NCBI RefSeq assembly: GCF_006345805.1
Contig: NW_021832849.1
Coordinates: 32,880-96,879, forward strand
Direction of reading: 5' to 3'
Origin: Octopus sinensis
Taxonomy: Eukaryota
DNA length: 64,000 bases
The notes beneath the pieces are model-generated. The model searched no databases, had not been told where the DNA came from, and worked only from the letters and a program-made list of their open reading frames with translations. This document shows positions 1 through 11,980 of this stretch, piece after piece. Positions within the stretch are counted from its first letter, which is position 1. Each line of letters begins with the position of its first letter. A program made the position numbers and the translations under genes.

Positions 1-89
1 ATTGGTGTTGGTGCTGCTGCTGATGGTTATGGTGCTTGTGGAGGGGACAGGATTTATGATGGAGCTGCTGGTTCAGGTGATGTCTGTTG

Positions 90-181
90 TGATGGTGGTG
101 GCGGCGGTATTGGTTGTAGTGGTGGTGGTGGTGGTGGTGATGATGATGATAGTGATGATTGTGGTGGTATTAATTGCATTG

Positions 182-233
<52 letters not shown>

Positions 234-250
234 GTAGTAGTAGTAGTAGT
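90..250. repeat. Compound trinucleotide microsatellite (GGT/GAT/ACT/AGT)n
   Basis: Direct reading; explains the poly-V/T/S ORFs 2..334 and 73..264. Confidence 0.95.
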
Positions 251-879
251 GGCTGTAGCAACAATGGTGGTGCTGTCCCGACAGTCGGTGGGAGTAGGAA
301 GAAGGGAAAAATAGATAAAAAATGTCATAAATAAATAAAGAAACGGAAAGTAAATAAAATATTTAGGATATGTCAGCTGAGAGAGTTAAGGTTCAATTTT
401 AGCTGTACGTCTGACTCCCTTGTGGGGTCTAAAAAGACAATATAACTCAAATTAATACTTGACCTTTACGAAGCAATACTAAATTATTCGTGTTTACATG
501 ACCTGCTAGAAACAACAGCTAAATCTCTCTCAATTCACATCCTATTGCTTTTCAAAATATATATAATGGAAGGACATATTTGATAATATCGACTGCAGTC
601 TTAGATCATTTATGTTTGAGGAGATGGGAACGCCATGGTTTGAATGCCTTTGACCCTATACCTACTCAATTACTGCTGACCTTGGGCTAAACAGCAGCAG
701 CAGCAGCAGCGACAGCAACAATAACAACTACAACAATAGCAGTTAGCTGAACTATACTGACAATTTTCACTAAATGTACATCATACAATTACATTATTTT
801 TTGTTATCCCCCTTCTCTGTGTCACTCTTTTCTCCCCAGAGGATGTCAGCCGAAGGAGGGAAATGTCTGATGTACGTTA

Positions 880-1800
880 TAGCATATCATGCACCCCCAC
901 ACACATAAACATATGTACACAAATACACACACGGACTCACATGAACACATACATATATACACATACATAGACACACAAACATTTATACGTATACGCAAAC
1001 ATGGACACATACAGATGCAAGTACACACAATGCATACATATAAACACATATACACATACACTAGCACATAAACAGATAAACACATACACTTGTACACATA
1101 CACGTGCAGATAAATTAGAATACACACATATACACACATCTTTTTAAGATATACATGCAACGCACTTACACACACATACGCACACATATACACATGCGCA
1201 CACACACATATATAACCATATACACCTCATAAACAGGCGCACGCACACATCAGACTCGAATATTTATACATACTCGTTCATACACACATGTTTATACATA
1301 TGCACGTAGGCACACATACATTTGCACACATACTCACACATACGCATGCGGATACACATACATCTGTGCGCGCATATGCATACACATATATACCCAAACG
1401 CACACAAATGCACACGTAAATACACATGCTCAAATATAGTGTCACAAATACAATCATTTGCATAGACATACGCATACGTAGACACGAGAAATACTCCTCA
1501 TACTCACACGTTCAAATACTCACACATATTTTTACACTCATACACACTGTCATACACATACCCATACACTCACACACATACACACACTATTACACTCACA
1601 TACAGTCATACACCTACACTAACACACTCATACATACACACATCCACAACTGTTATACAAATAAAAGAACACACTTACACATACACACATTCATACACAA
1701 AAACTCACACATAGTTTTAAATTCATACACACACTCATATATACTGTCATACATAGACACATACACTCACACACATGCAAATACATGTGTTTACACACCT
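880..1800. repeat. Degenerate (CA)n/(TA)n low-complexity tract
   Basis: Direct reading; ORFs are H/T/Y/I or C/V/M repeats. Confidence 0.9.
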
Positions 1801-1980
1801 CCCCCCTCCTCTGCTTAACCATGTTTTATTATTACACATTAGCGAATAAGTACCGAAGGGTTCCTTCTCCTCTTCAACTCTTCCTATTCCCCCTCTCTCT
1901 CTCCTCTTTCTCTCATTTGCTCGTTTTCTCCTTCTTTCTCATCCTTATATCTTCTCCATTTTGTTTATTTCCTACTTTCA

Positions 1981-2020
<40 letters not shown>

Positions 2021-2504
2021 TCTCTCCCATGTTTATTTTTCTGTCTCAACCCATTCCTCATCTCTCACCCACAACTCCAACTTCTCTCTCCTCACTTACA
2101 TGCACATTTCTCCTATCTCTCTCCCTCCCTCCCTCTTCTCATCCCTTCTTTCTCTTCTGTCTGTCTGTCTGTCTCGGTCTGTCTTCCTCCTCTTCTCTCT
2201 AACATTATTTTTCAAAGCAATGAATTATTGTTCCAATGGAGTTTATTAATAATTATTTTGCTCACATGCTGCAAACAACAACAACAATAATAATAATCAT
2301 GCGAAAGATGATGATGCTGATGATGCTGATGAAAATGCAAATATAATATAAACACAATAATTGGAATTAAGTTTATTTGGTGAACTGTTTACCAAAATAA
2401 TAATTACGCTAATGATGATGATGATGATGATACTGCTGCTGCTGCTGATGAGAAGAATTCTGATAACGAATTCGTTATTGCAATCGCTAAGTCATCAGAC
2501 ATTT

Positions 2505-2545
2505 CAGGGTGTACTTATATGTACATACATATGTATATAAGTACG

Positions 2546-2599
<54 letters not shown>

Positions 2600-2725
2600 C
2601 ATACATATATATATGTATATCTATGTATATATATCTATGTATATATATATATGTACATATATGCATACATACATATATATATTTTATTTTGGGATGGTCA
2701 TTTTTATGGACCAAATATATGTATA

Positions 2726-2776
<51 letters not shown>

Positions 2777-2950
2777 ATCTATCTATCTATCTGCACCCCC
2801 CACACACAAACAAAATTATATGTCCATATATGTATGTGTGCCTGAGAGTGTGAGTGTGTGTGTGTGTGTGTGTATCTGTTCGATTATTTTAGAAAATTCC
2901 CGTTTAGCTTCTTCTTCTTCTTCTTCTTCTTCTTCTTCTTCTTCTTCTTC
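2505..2950. repeat. Compound microsatellites (TA)n,(TG)n,(ATCT)n,(TTC)n
   Basis: Direct reading. Confidence 0.95.
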
Positions 2951-3505
2951 CCCTTCTTGGTTTCAGCCAACTCAGTTATTCTGTGTGTTTCCATGCCCCG
3001 AGGGGTGAGCTGGGCAACACATGACTCTCATACATGTATTTCTCATATTCCTATCACGACGGTGGTTGTCATACAAATATATATTAGTGCCACGTGTTAC
3101 CCAACACGCCTCCTGGACACGCAACAAGTACACAGAATGATAAATATGGTTAAAAAAAAAAAAGAAAATTAGAGAAAAACGAAAGAAAAAAAGAGGCTGA
3201 AACGAAATTCTTGCAGAATATCCGAACCGTTTGATCAACAGCTTCAGGCTTTTGCGGGAAGATAATTAAGTATCATTCATTCTTATTTTATTCGAAACTA
3301 AATGTAACATCTTTTGGTTTAATTTCTTGATTTGGAAATGAAGCACCAGAAAAAACGATTTACATCGAAGTCTTTTTTGTTTTCTCCACTTGAAACTGAT
3401 TTTACGCCATGTCATCCCAGTGTTTGCACTGAAGATGCACAATATGTTGAAACGGAGCCGTTTGCAGATTTAAAGAGGACGGAACAGCAAATATTCATGG
3501 TTATC

Positions 3506-3658
3506 TGTTTCTTTATTACCCACAAGGGGCTAAACATAGAAGGGACAAACAAGGACAGACAAAGGGATTAAGTCAATTACATCGACCCCAGTGCGTAACT
3601 GGGACTTATTTAATCGACCCCGAAAGGATGAAAGGCAAAGTCGACCTCGGTGGAATTA
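3506..3658 (-). mobile_element. SINE-A, 5'-truncated, Tx1-type tail, 18-bp TSD
   Basis: Reverse complement matches the 3' part of the copy at 43712-43946; TSD CAAATATTCATGGTTATC at 3488-3505 and 3659-3676. Confidence 0.9.
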
Positions 3659-3671
3659 CAAATATTCATGG

Positions 3672-3803
3672 TTATCGTCATCATCATCACTGTCTTCGTC
3701 GTCGTCGTCGGCCCTGTCGTTGCCGCCGTCGTCGTCGTCGCTGTCATCATCATCATCGTCGTCGCTGTCATCATCCTCATCCTCATCATCATCATCATCA
3801 TCG
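3672..3803. repeat. (CAT)n/(CGT)n compound microsatellite
   Basis: Direct reading; forms the 5' flank of the Tx1 copy. Confidence 0.95.
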
Positions 3804-5365
3804 TCAAAGCCAGTGGGTTTGCGGCTCGGCACTTGGAGAAGCAAGCCCATGCCGTCCAACAGCGTCTCCGTCGTGGGACGCTGGACCGACGGACCGGTTA
3901 AATTGCTCGCAACCTGGTTCGGTTCGGACCTCCAAATGGAGAAGAATTGGGGCGAAATAACGACTAGGGTGGCCATTCTCATCCAGCAATGGGCCGAGAG
4001 GAAGCTATCCCTAAAAGGTCGGGCGGAGGTGGCGAACTCGTACATCGCATCCATCATCGATTACCGTCTGACCATCGTGCCTGGTCCCGACCCTACCATC
4101 ACCAAACTGGAACGCATACTCTTCCACTTCTTGTGGAAGGGAAGCGTTCCGATGGTTAGGCGATCCATTTGCTGTCAACACCCGCTAAATGGAGGGCTAG
4201 GCACGCTGTAGTTGATGAGGCGCAGATATGCGCTGAGATTGCGACATCTCCGGCGCTTCATAGACGACGGTGAACAGGTGTGGTCGCCGTTTGTGCGGTG
4301 CGCTTTCCCGCAGCTCGTTTCCTTGGCTGAACTGCAGTCGCGGATCAAACAGAGACCGAGGCTAGGCGAATGGCACCGCGAGTGTCGCGTTGCTCTCAAG
4401 CAACTCTGCCGTCCAGGACCAAATTTGTGCGACTTAATTACAACAAAGGCGTTCTATAGAGGATTAGTGGAGGGTAGGTGTGACGACGTCGGGCAGAATC
4501 TGGGCGTCGACGAGGAACACCTGACCCGCCTATTCAGGACAACTTTCGGGCCGGGAACTATGGACAATCACCAAAGGTCCCTGGCCTGGTAGTGCTATCG
4601 AGAAGCATTACCCGGTCGGGATAAGCTCTACAGGCACGGTTCAAGACACACCGGACCGACTTGCTCGAGATGCGGTCAGAGCGACGAAACCGTTCTGCAC
4701 ACACTCGTGCAGTGTCCAACCATTTCGGACCTGTGGGCTTATGCCGAACGGCTGCTGCCATGTGTGGCACGAGTCCGCCTGTCGGCCGAGTCTATCATGG
4801 CAATTGCTCTGCCATCTTCCCTCAACCAGGATAGCAAGGCAGCCTTCATCGTACTGGTGGCCATGGTGAAAGAATATGTGGACTCGATGTGGTGGACTCG
4901 AGCGAAAGTGTTAGAGACAAGCACCTACCTCTCTGGCCAATCGCTCGTCAACTTTTTCAAGTACCACTTGAAAAGGAAGTGAGAATGGAGAGGCAGGTTT
5001 TGTCTCGTGAGTGTTTCAAAAAAAGGTGGGTGAATGTAGCAAAGATGGTGCGTGCGAGTGACGAAACGACTTTAAGCATGATGCTGTAAATCGAAAAAAG
5101 AGAGAAAAAGAGCACTTTGCTCTCATGTGTTTATTCCCTCCCTGCCTGAGATTATTGTGGTCTTTTCCGTAGGCTTTTCTTTCCACGGATAAACCTAATC
5201 TTACTTTTTACATTTGATGGTCCCTTTTCGTCGTTTTTTTCCCTAATCTCTTTTGATCGGAACTTTACTTTCTTATTTTGCCTCATTTTTTCATTTTCGA
5301 AAAGAAAAACTCTACATTTGTATTTGTCCCCTCTGTGTTCAGCCCTGTGTGGCTAATAAAGAAAG
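3804..5365 (+). mobile_element. Tx1/L1-clade non-LTR retrotransposon, 5'-truncated, decayed (copy 1)
   Basis: Translated motifs typical of L1/Tx1 ORF2 C-terminus: RKLSLKGRAEVANS..LFHFLWKG..VRRSICCQHP..GGLG, then zinc-finger region; several stops and frameshifts; 3' UTR ends AATAAAGAAA followed by (TATC)n. Confidence 0.85.
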
Positions 5366-5366
5366 T

Positions 5367-5384
5367 TATCTATCTATCTATATA

Positions 5385-5481
<97 letters not shown>

Positions 5482-5517
5482 ATCTATCTATCTATCTATC
5501 GATCTATCTATCTATCT
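5367..5517. repeat. (ATCT)n/(GTCT)n array between the two Tx1 copies
   Basis: Direct reading. Confidence 0.95.
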
Positions 5518-6946
5518 TTCGCTTCTTGTGGAAAGGATGCGTCCCGATGGTCAGGCGATCCATTTGCTGTCAACACCCGTTAAAAGGAGGGCTGGGCATG
5601 CCGTGGTTGATGATGCGCAGACACGCGCTGAGACTGCGACATCTCAGGCTCTTCGTAGACGACGGTGAACAGGTGTGGTCGCCGTTTGTGAGGCACGCTT
5701 TCCCGCAGCTCGTCTCCATGACCGAACTGCAGTCGTGGATCAAAAAGAGGCCGAGGAAGGGCGAATGGCACCGCGAGTGTCGCGTTACTCTCAAGCAACT
5801 CTGCCGTCCCGGGTCGACCTTGAGTGACTTCAACACAACCAAAACATTCTATAGGGGATTAGTGGAGGGGAGGTACAACGACGAGCTCGGGGCGAACCTG
5901 GACGTCGACGAGGAGTACCTGACCCGCCTGTTCGGGACGACTTTCGGGCCAGGGCCCATGGACAACTTCCAGAGATCCCTGGCCTGGCAGTGCTACCGAG
6001 AAGCGCTACCCGTTCGGGATAAGCTCTACAGACACGGCTCGAGAAACACGGGGCCGACCTGCCCGAGATGCGGTCAGAGCGACGAAACCGTTCTGCACGC
6101 ACTCGTGCAGTGTCCAACAATTTCTGACCTGTGGGCTTATGTCGAACAACTGCTGTCACGTGTGGGATGAGTCGGTTTATCAGCTGATTCTTTCGTCAAT
6201 ATTGTCACGCCTCCTTCCTTCAAACGGGAAGGAAGAGCTATTTTCATCATCCTTGTGGCTATGGCGAAAGAATGTATCTGGTGGACGCGTCTGAAAGGAT
6301 TGGAGACAAACACTTTCCTCTCTGGTCAATCTCTCATCAACTTCTTCAAGTACCACTTGAAAAGGAAAGTGAGAATAGAGAGGCAAGTTTTGTTTAGCGA
6401 ATGTTTTAAAAAAAGATGGGTGAATGTAGCAAGAATGGCACGTATGAATGACGAGGCCACCTTGAGTATAATCCCATGAACCCAGAAATTGAAAACAGAG
6501 GGTTACCCACTTGCAAACAAACGTGGTAACATATAACAATATTGACCAAGGTTACCGTGGTCTTTTTCGTAGGCTTTTCTTCCCACGGATAAACCTTACT
6601 TGCTTTCCCCTTTACACCATATATCATAACACTGTGATACACGATCCCTATTGATCGTTTTTTTTCTTCTTCCCCTTTTTTTTCCCTTTTTTCTTCTTTT
6701 TTCATTTCTCTTTTCTTTTGTTCCTTTTCCTTTTCTTTTTTCTTATTTTTCTTTTTTCTTTTTTCTTTTATTTATTTATTTTTTTTGTTCTTTTCTTCCC
6801 CTTTACGATCTCTCTTGATCGAAAACCTACGCCACCCCCCTTTTTTTTGTTTCTTTTGTTTTTTGTTTTTTTCATGCCCCAAAAGAAAAGCTCTACCCTG
6901 TAACTTGTCCCATCTGTGTGCAGCCCTGTGTGGCCAATAAAGAAAC
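5515..6946 (+). mobile_element. Tx1/L1-clade non-LTR retrotransposon, 5'-truncated (copy 2, less decayed)
   Basis: Begins at FRFLWKG directly after (ATCT)n; roughly 80% aa identity to copy 1 by eye; pyrimidine-rich 3' UTR ending AATAAAGAAA then (TATC)n. Confidence 0.88.
5518..6479 (+). pseudogene. Tx1 ORF2 C-terminal fragment (post-RT region and zf-RVT-like finger)
   Basis: WQCYREALPVRDKLYRHG..CPRCGQSDETVLHALVQC; ORFs 5253..6170 and 6255..6479 share a frame, separated by one TGA at 6168-6170. Confidence 0.85.

Positions 6947-7035
<89 letters not shown>
6947..7035. repeat. (ATCT)n at the 3' end of Tx1 copy 2
   Basis: Direct reading. Confidence 0.95.
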
Positions 7036-7778
7036 CACGTACACGCTCATACTATGGTCTTGTACATTGTTTATCAAGTTTACCAACAAGGCATTAATTG
7101 GTCCAAGGTTCTAGTTGAAACACTTGTCTAAGTGGTCACTAAGTTGACACAGAATCCAACACTATATGGTCACGAAGTGAATTTCTTACCACACAGCCTT
7201 GTGCGGATAAAAACTGTATGAAAGCCACTGTGGATTACATCATTTCTATATGGATCCCTAACCATCGCAAACTATAAAGAACTCAGTATGGTACGTTTTG
7301 CATTCTAACAGACTGCACCAGAGACCACCTGCACAATGACACAGTGAAGGACCGCTTACGCAGTTCCCGAAATGCAAGAAATAGCAGCTCAATCTCCCTT
7401 AAATTACGCCCCAACTGTTCTTCCACAAAAGAATGGCAAAACTGATAATGTAGTTCATAGATATACGATACTGAACCCCATCCCTAAGGTATTTTAGCTA
7501 CGAATTTCTGGTAGGGCCTTGCATACAGGTCGGGTCAAATGATAGAGACCAGAGGTAAAAATGGGTTTGCGCAGAACCAGCAACCCTGCTTAGGAAGAAA
7601 GCAAAGTTACAGAAGCATCGATGACTATTCAAAACCAAATGGACCTGAGAAAGGAAGGCCTTAAAAGACAGTCCAGAGTCGAGAACAATGGAGAAATATC
7701 GTCGATGGTCTATATTCCATAAGGAGCTTAAGTAAGTGAAGGTGTTTGGGCCAGGAGCTCAGCTAAGTACATCTAGAG

Positions 7779-8419
7779 CTGTGGTTCCCAACCGGGGTCC
7801 ATATAAGATTTTTGGGTTTCCACAATTGCAAAATAGTAAATTGGGGATTCACAGTAGTATTTAAAGGGTCCATGAAAAAGTTTTGATTTAAATATGTTAG
7901 CTCATTGGTTACAGAGTCAGGCTCAACATCATGAGTAGTGAGTTCGATGCCCTGTTCGGGCTATGTGTTGTGTCCTTGAGCAAGACACTTTATTTCACGT
8001 TGCTCCCGTTCACTCATCTATAGAAATGAGTTGCGACGTCACTGGTGCCAAGCTATATCGGCGTTTGCCTTTCTCTTGGACATCTGTGGCATGGAGAGGG
8101 GAGGCTTGTATGCATGGGCGACTGCTGGTCTTCCATAAACAACTTTGTCCGGACTTGTGCCACGGAGGAGAACTTTCTAGGTGCAATCCCATGGTCATTC
8201 ATGACCGAAGGCGATCGTTACTTTACTATCGCAAGAAACAGCTAGGTTCCTTTCTCTAACATTTTACATAATTCAACCTATACAAGTAAATGTGTGAATA
8301 ACAAAATAGGAATTTTGAAAGACGTATCTATTTAAGTTCTTAAACACCGGTTTAAGGGCCCGCCGAATAAATTAGTAAATAAATGGTTCTACGGGAAAAA
8401 AATGGTTGAAAACCACCGA
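7779..8419. mobile_element. Probable hAT-like MITE interrupted by a SINE
   Basis: Imperfect terminal inverted repeats CTGTGGTTCCCAACC / GGTTGAAAACCACCG; TSD not clean. Confidence 0.4.
7900..8216 (+). mobile_element. SINE-C (tRNA-derived head, CORE-like motif TGTCCTTGAGCAAGACACTT)
   Basis: B-box-like GAGTTCGATGCC; homologous to 28187-28508 and 55497-55830. Confidence 0.85.
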
Positions 8420-8759
8420 TCCTAAGTTACTTTATTAAATCTATTATTTAAGAGTAGAGGAATGTAATTTGAGGCAGTTTTGGCAGCTATTTTTGCCGTT
8501 CAGACAGCTGCATGAGTGGTTACTTTTTGTGCCATTTTATTTCATTTAAGCAAATTATCCAGTTTAAATTTAAAAACAAACTGTTTATAATAACAAACTA
8601 CATTATATGGTTCTTTTAAGAGGATGCATAGCCAGTTGGATACGTAAACAACCGATTAACCGTACGTGTGAAACTATATGTAACCTTAGTAACATTTTTT
8701 TTATTGAGCAAGTGAAGTCTCGCCGCTAATTGTATTACATCGTCTTAAATACACCGTTT

Positions 8760-8768
8760 TCTCATAAG

Positions 8769-8807
<39 letters not shown>

Positions 8808-8924
8808 GTACGCACAAACATCTGGTTTCTGTCTAATTAATATGCATGCATACGTACAAATACATACACAAAACACAGACATACATTTATATAAGTATAT
8901 ATAGGTATATATATATATACATGC

Positions 8925-8965
<41 letters not shown>

Positions 8966-9002
8966 TAAATATATTATGTATAACTATATATATAAGTATA
9001 TA

Positions 9003-9047
<45 letters not shown>

Positions 9048-9050
9048 ATA
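8760..9050. repeat. (TA)n-rich tract at the 3' end of the CR1 element
   Basis: Direct reading. Confidence 0.95.
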
Positions 9051-9127
9051 TTATTTTATCTAGTTTCAGCTCACGAGCTGTGGCCATGCTGGGGCACCGC
9101 CATTTGGCGTTGCTACATGATTTTATT

Positions 9128-11952
9128 TCACGAATGCCTTTTAGCAATTGCCATTTGGTGCATGAGAGAGTTCGATGCAGCTGCCCTCATCTGCACCTCC
9201 TGCCGTGAAGTTGGTTCATCTGGGACACCTGACAGGAAGAGATCCAGTTTTATTTTAAAGACATCTGCATCCACCCCATGCAGGTCTCTCAGGTTCTTCG
9301 GAAGGATATTGAAGAGCTGTGGGCCTCTGAAGCCCAGGCTATCACAGTATCTTGTACTACATCTTGATGGCAAATTTGGAGTCCTTGGCACTATGCAGTG
9401 GCGCCCAGTTCTGGCATTTGTGTAACTCTCGATGCCAAAGTTTGGGACAAGTCCTTCTAGGATCTTCCAGATGTATATTATGGCATATCTTTCTCGCCTA
9501 CGTTCTAAGGAATAGAGTCTCAATCTCTTGAGTCTTTCCCAGTAGCTTATATGCTGCACAGAGGCTATCTTCTTCGTGTAGCTTCGTTGGATCGCCTCAA
9601 GTTCTGTGATTAACCTGACACTGGATGGTGACCATAGCTGAGAGCAATAGTCAAAGTGGCTTAGGACAAGTGTCCTCCAGAGGACCATCATGGTTTCCTG
9701 GTCTCTTGTTCTAAAGGTTCTAAGAATCCATCCGGCCAGCCGCCTACATTTCATTGCCAATTTAGCAACATGCACATGGAAGGTTGCATCGTCACTCATG
9801 TAAATACCCAGGTCTCACACTGATTGTGACTCTGGGATTGCAATCCCTCCTGGTCCAGTGTATTTATTGGGTATTGCATTTAGTTTTGCATGCTGATAGC
9901 ATAAAGCTTGAAACTTTTCAGCATTGAACTGCATGCTATTCTTTTCAGCCCACTTGTATATTTTGTCCAGCTCACATTGCAGGTGCTTAGTGTCTTCAGG
10001 GTTCTGCATTGCCTGTGAAACTTTTGTATCATCTGCATAACTTGTGATCGTGGCTCTCTGCGTGGCTGAGGGCATGTCTGAGAGGGCCATTATGAACAGT
10101 AGTGGTCCTTGCGGAATACCGCTCACTATTTGCGTGTTAATGGAAGTGGCCCCATTGGCTACTACAACCTGGCTTCTATCCTTCAGAAAGTCATGAAGCC
10201 ATTCTCCCAATTTTCCAACTATGCCAAGATCACGCTGTTTGTGACATATTCCATGATCGACTTTATCAAAGGCCTTTGCAAAGTCGAGATATATGACTTC
10301 CACATTTGAGTGGTTGAGCAGTCGTTTCAGCACCCAGTCATAGTGTTGTAGGAGCTGAGTTAGGCAGCTTCTTCCCGGTCGGAAACCATGTTGGGTGTTA
10401 GGCAGCAAGTCATTTTCTTCAAGGAAGGTGATTAGTTTCCTTCTGACTATTCGTTCCATGACCTTGCTGATGTGTGAGGTCAGAGAGGTAGGTCTGCAGT
10501 TCTTGGCCTCCGCTCTGCTACCTCCTTTATGAATAGGGCATATTTTACCTTCCTTCAGTTTTCTTGGATGTTTGCCAGTTGCAAGGAAGCTCTGAAAGAG
10601 GAACTGCAGTGGTCTTGCTAGGACTCTCTTACATGCTTTTAGGAGGATTGCTGGGAATCCATCGGGGCCAGTAGCTGAGTTTGTTTTCATTTCATCAATA
10701 GCCTTTATTACATCGTCTTCCTTTATACTGATGTAATCAATCATCGCTGCCTCTGATTTTATATCTGCAGTGGTAAAGAAGTCAGTTGGATTGCTGACTT
10801 GAAAATGCCCTAGGGGTTGAGTGAAAATACTCTTGAATTGCTCATTTAGTATTTCACTTACCCTCATTGGATTTCCTGTGAGTGTGCCATCCTTTTCAAG
10901 GAGTGGCCCTATCCTACAGTGCACCGTAGCTGTTTCTTTGGCATACCTGTAGAAAGCTCTGGGGTTAGATTTTATGTTGTCTATAGCCCAGGATTCTTTG
11001 TCTGCTCTTTCTTTTTGATGGGAGAGTTGCAGACATTTTTCAATTTCCAACAGTTTTATTTTCAGGTGGGACATTTCACTGCTTCCAATTTGTTTGTTTA
11101 GGTGATTTGAAACTTTTGTACGCCGTCTCATTAGAATTTTCCTCTCTCTGGGGATTTTGTTCTTGTGTACAGTGGCCTTTCTCTCTGGGACACATTTGTA
11201 GCATATGGCTTGCATTACAGACATGAATTGTTGAAGTTTCATGTCGATGTCTGGTGAGGAGAGACATTCAGACCGGTTTTGTTTGAGGATCTCTTTCTCA
11301 ATTTGTTTCCAGTTTGCCTTATGGAAGTTCAAGCTGGAAAGATTCTGAGAGTTTCTTGTAGACTGCATGTCCATGCTTTCCTTTGGCCCGTACATGGTCA
11401 GCTCTACCATGTTGTGATCCGAGAGTAGTATCGGTGTCACTTTCACATTATGGATGAGATCCATATTATTTGTGAAGCAGAGATCCAGTATGTTACCTGC
11501 CCTGGTTGGTTGGAGTATTATTTGCTCCATGTACAGAGTGTTGATGAGGTTCAGGAGGGACCTCGCCTGTCCTCGTTCGCATCGTGTCATTTCTGGGAGA
11601 GAAAGGCCCTCGGGCCATGTGACATTGGGCAGATTGAAGTCTCCCATAAGAAGTACACTTATGCGTTGTTCTAATGTGACTAGAACTTCTTCTCTTTTTA
11701 TAAGGCAGTCTTCAAATTTGCCTACATGGCTTGGAGCATCTGGAGGGCGATATGTGTTTCCGTAAGTGCTATGCATAAGGCTTGCTTGCATGCAACAAGG
11801 TCTCTCAAGAAAGGGATTTTTGTCTTGTTACTGAGTGTTAGCAGTCCTCTGATGTTCAGTAGGAGCATCGAGGTGATGTGTGTGCTGTTGCCGGTGGTGT
11901 CCACCTTGGGTCTATTTGCTGTGGCGGTCTTGTGTATTGTGGATAGTCCCAT
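9128..11952 (-). pseudogene. LINE ORF2: apurinic endonuclease plus reverse transcriptase, with frameshifts and internal deletions
   Basis: APE motifs LLNIRGL, LTETH, YRPP, MGDFN, TRAGNILDL; RT motifs PIHKGG, QHGFRPGRSC, YLDFAKAFDKVDH, GIPQG-PLLF, YADDTK; CR1-like C-terminus LWRTLVLSHFDYCSQLWSP. Confidence 0.9.
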
Positions 11953-11980
11953 CTGCGAGTTTGAGTTTGATGGAGCCAGG

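Noticed and set aside
3804-6946. The two Tx1 copies as a simple tandem duplication
   Set aside because: They differ substantially in sequence, truncation point and 3' UTR length.
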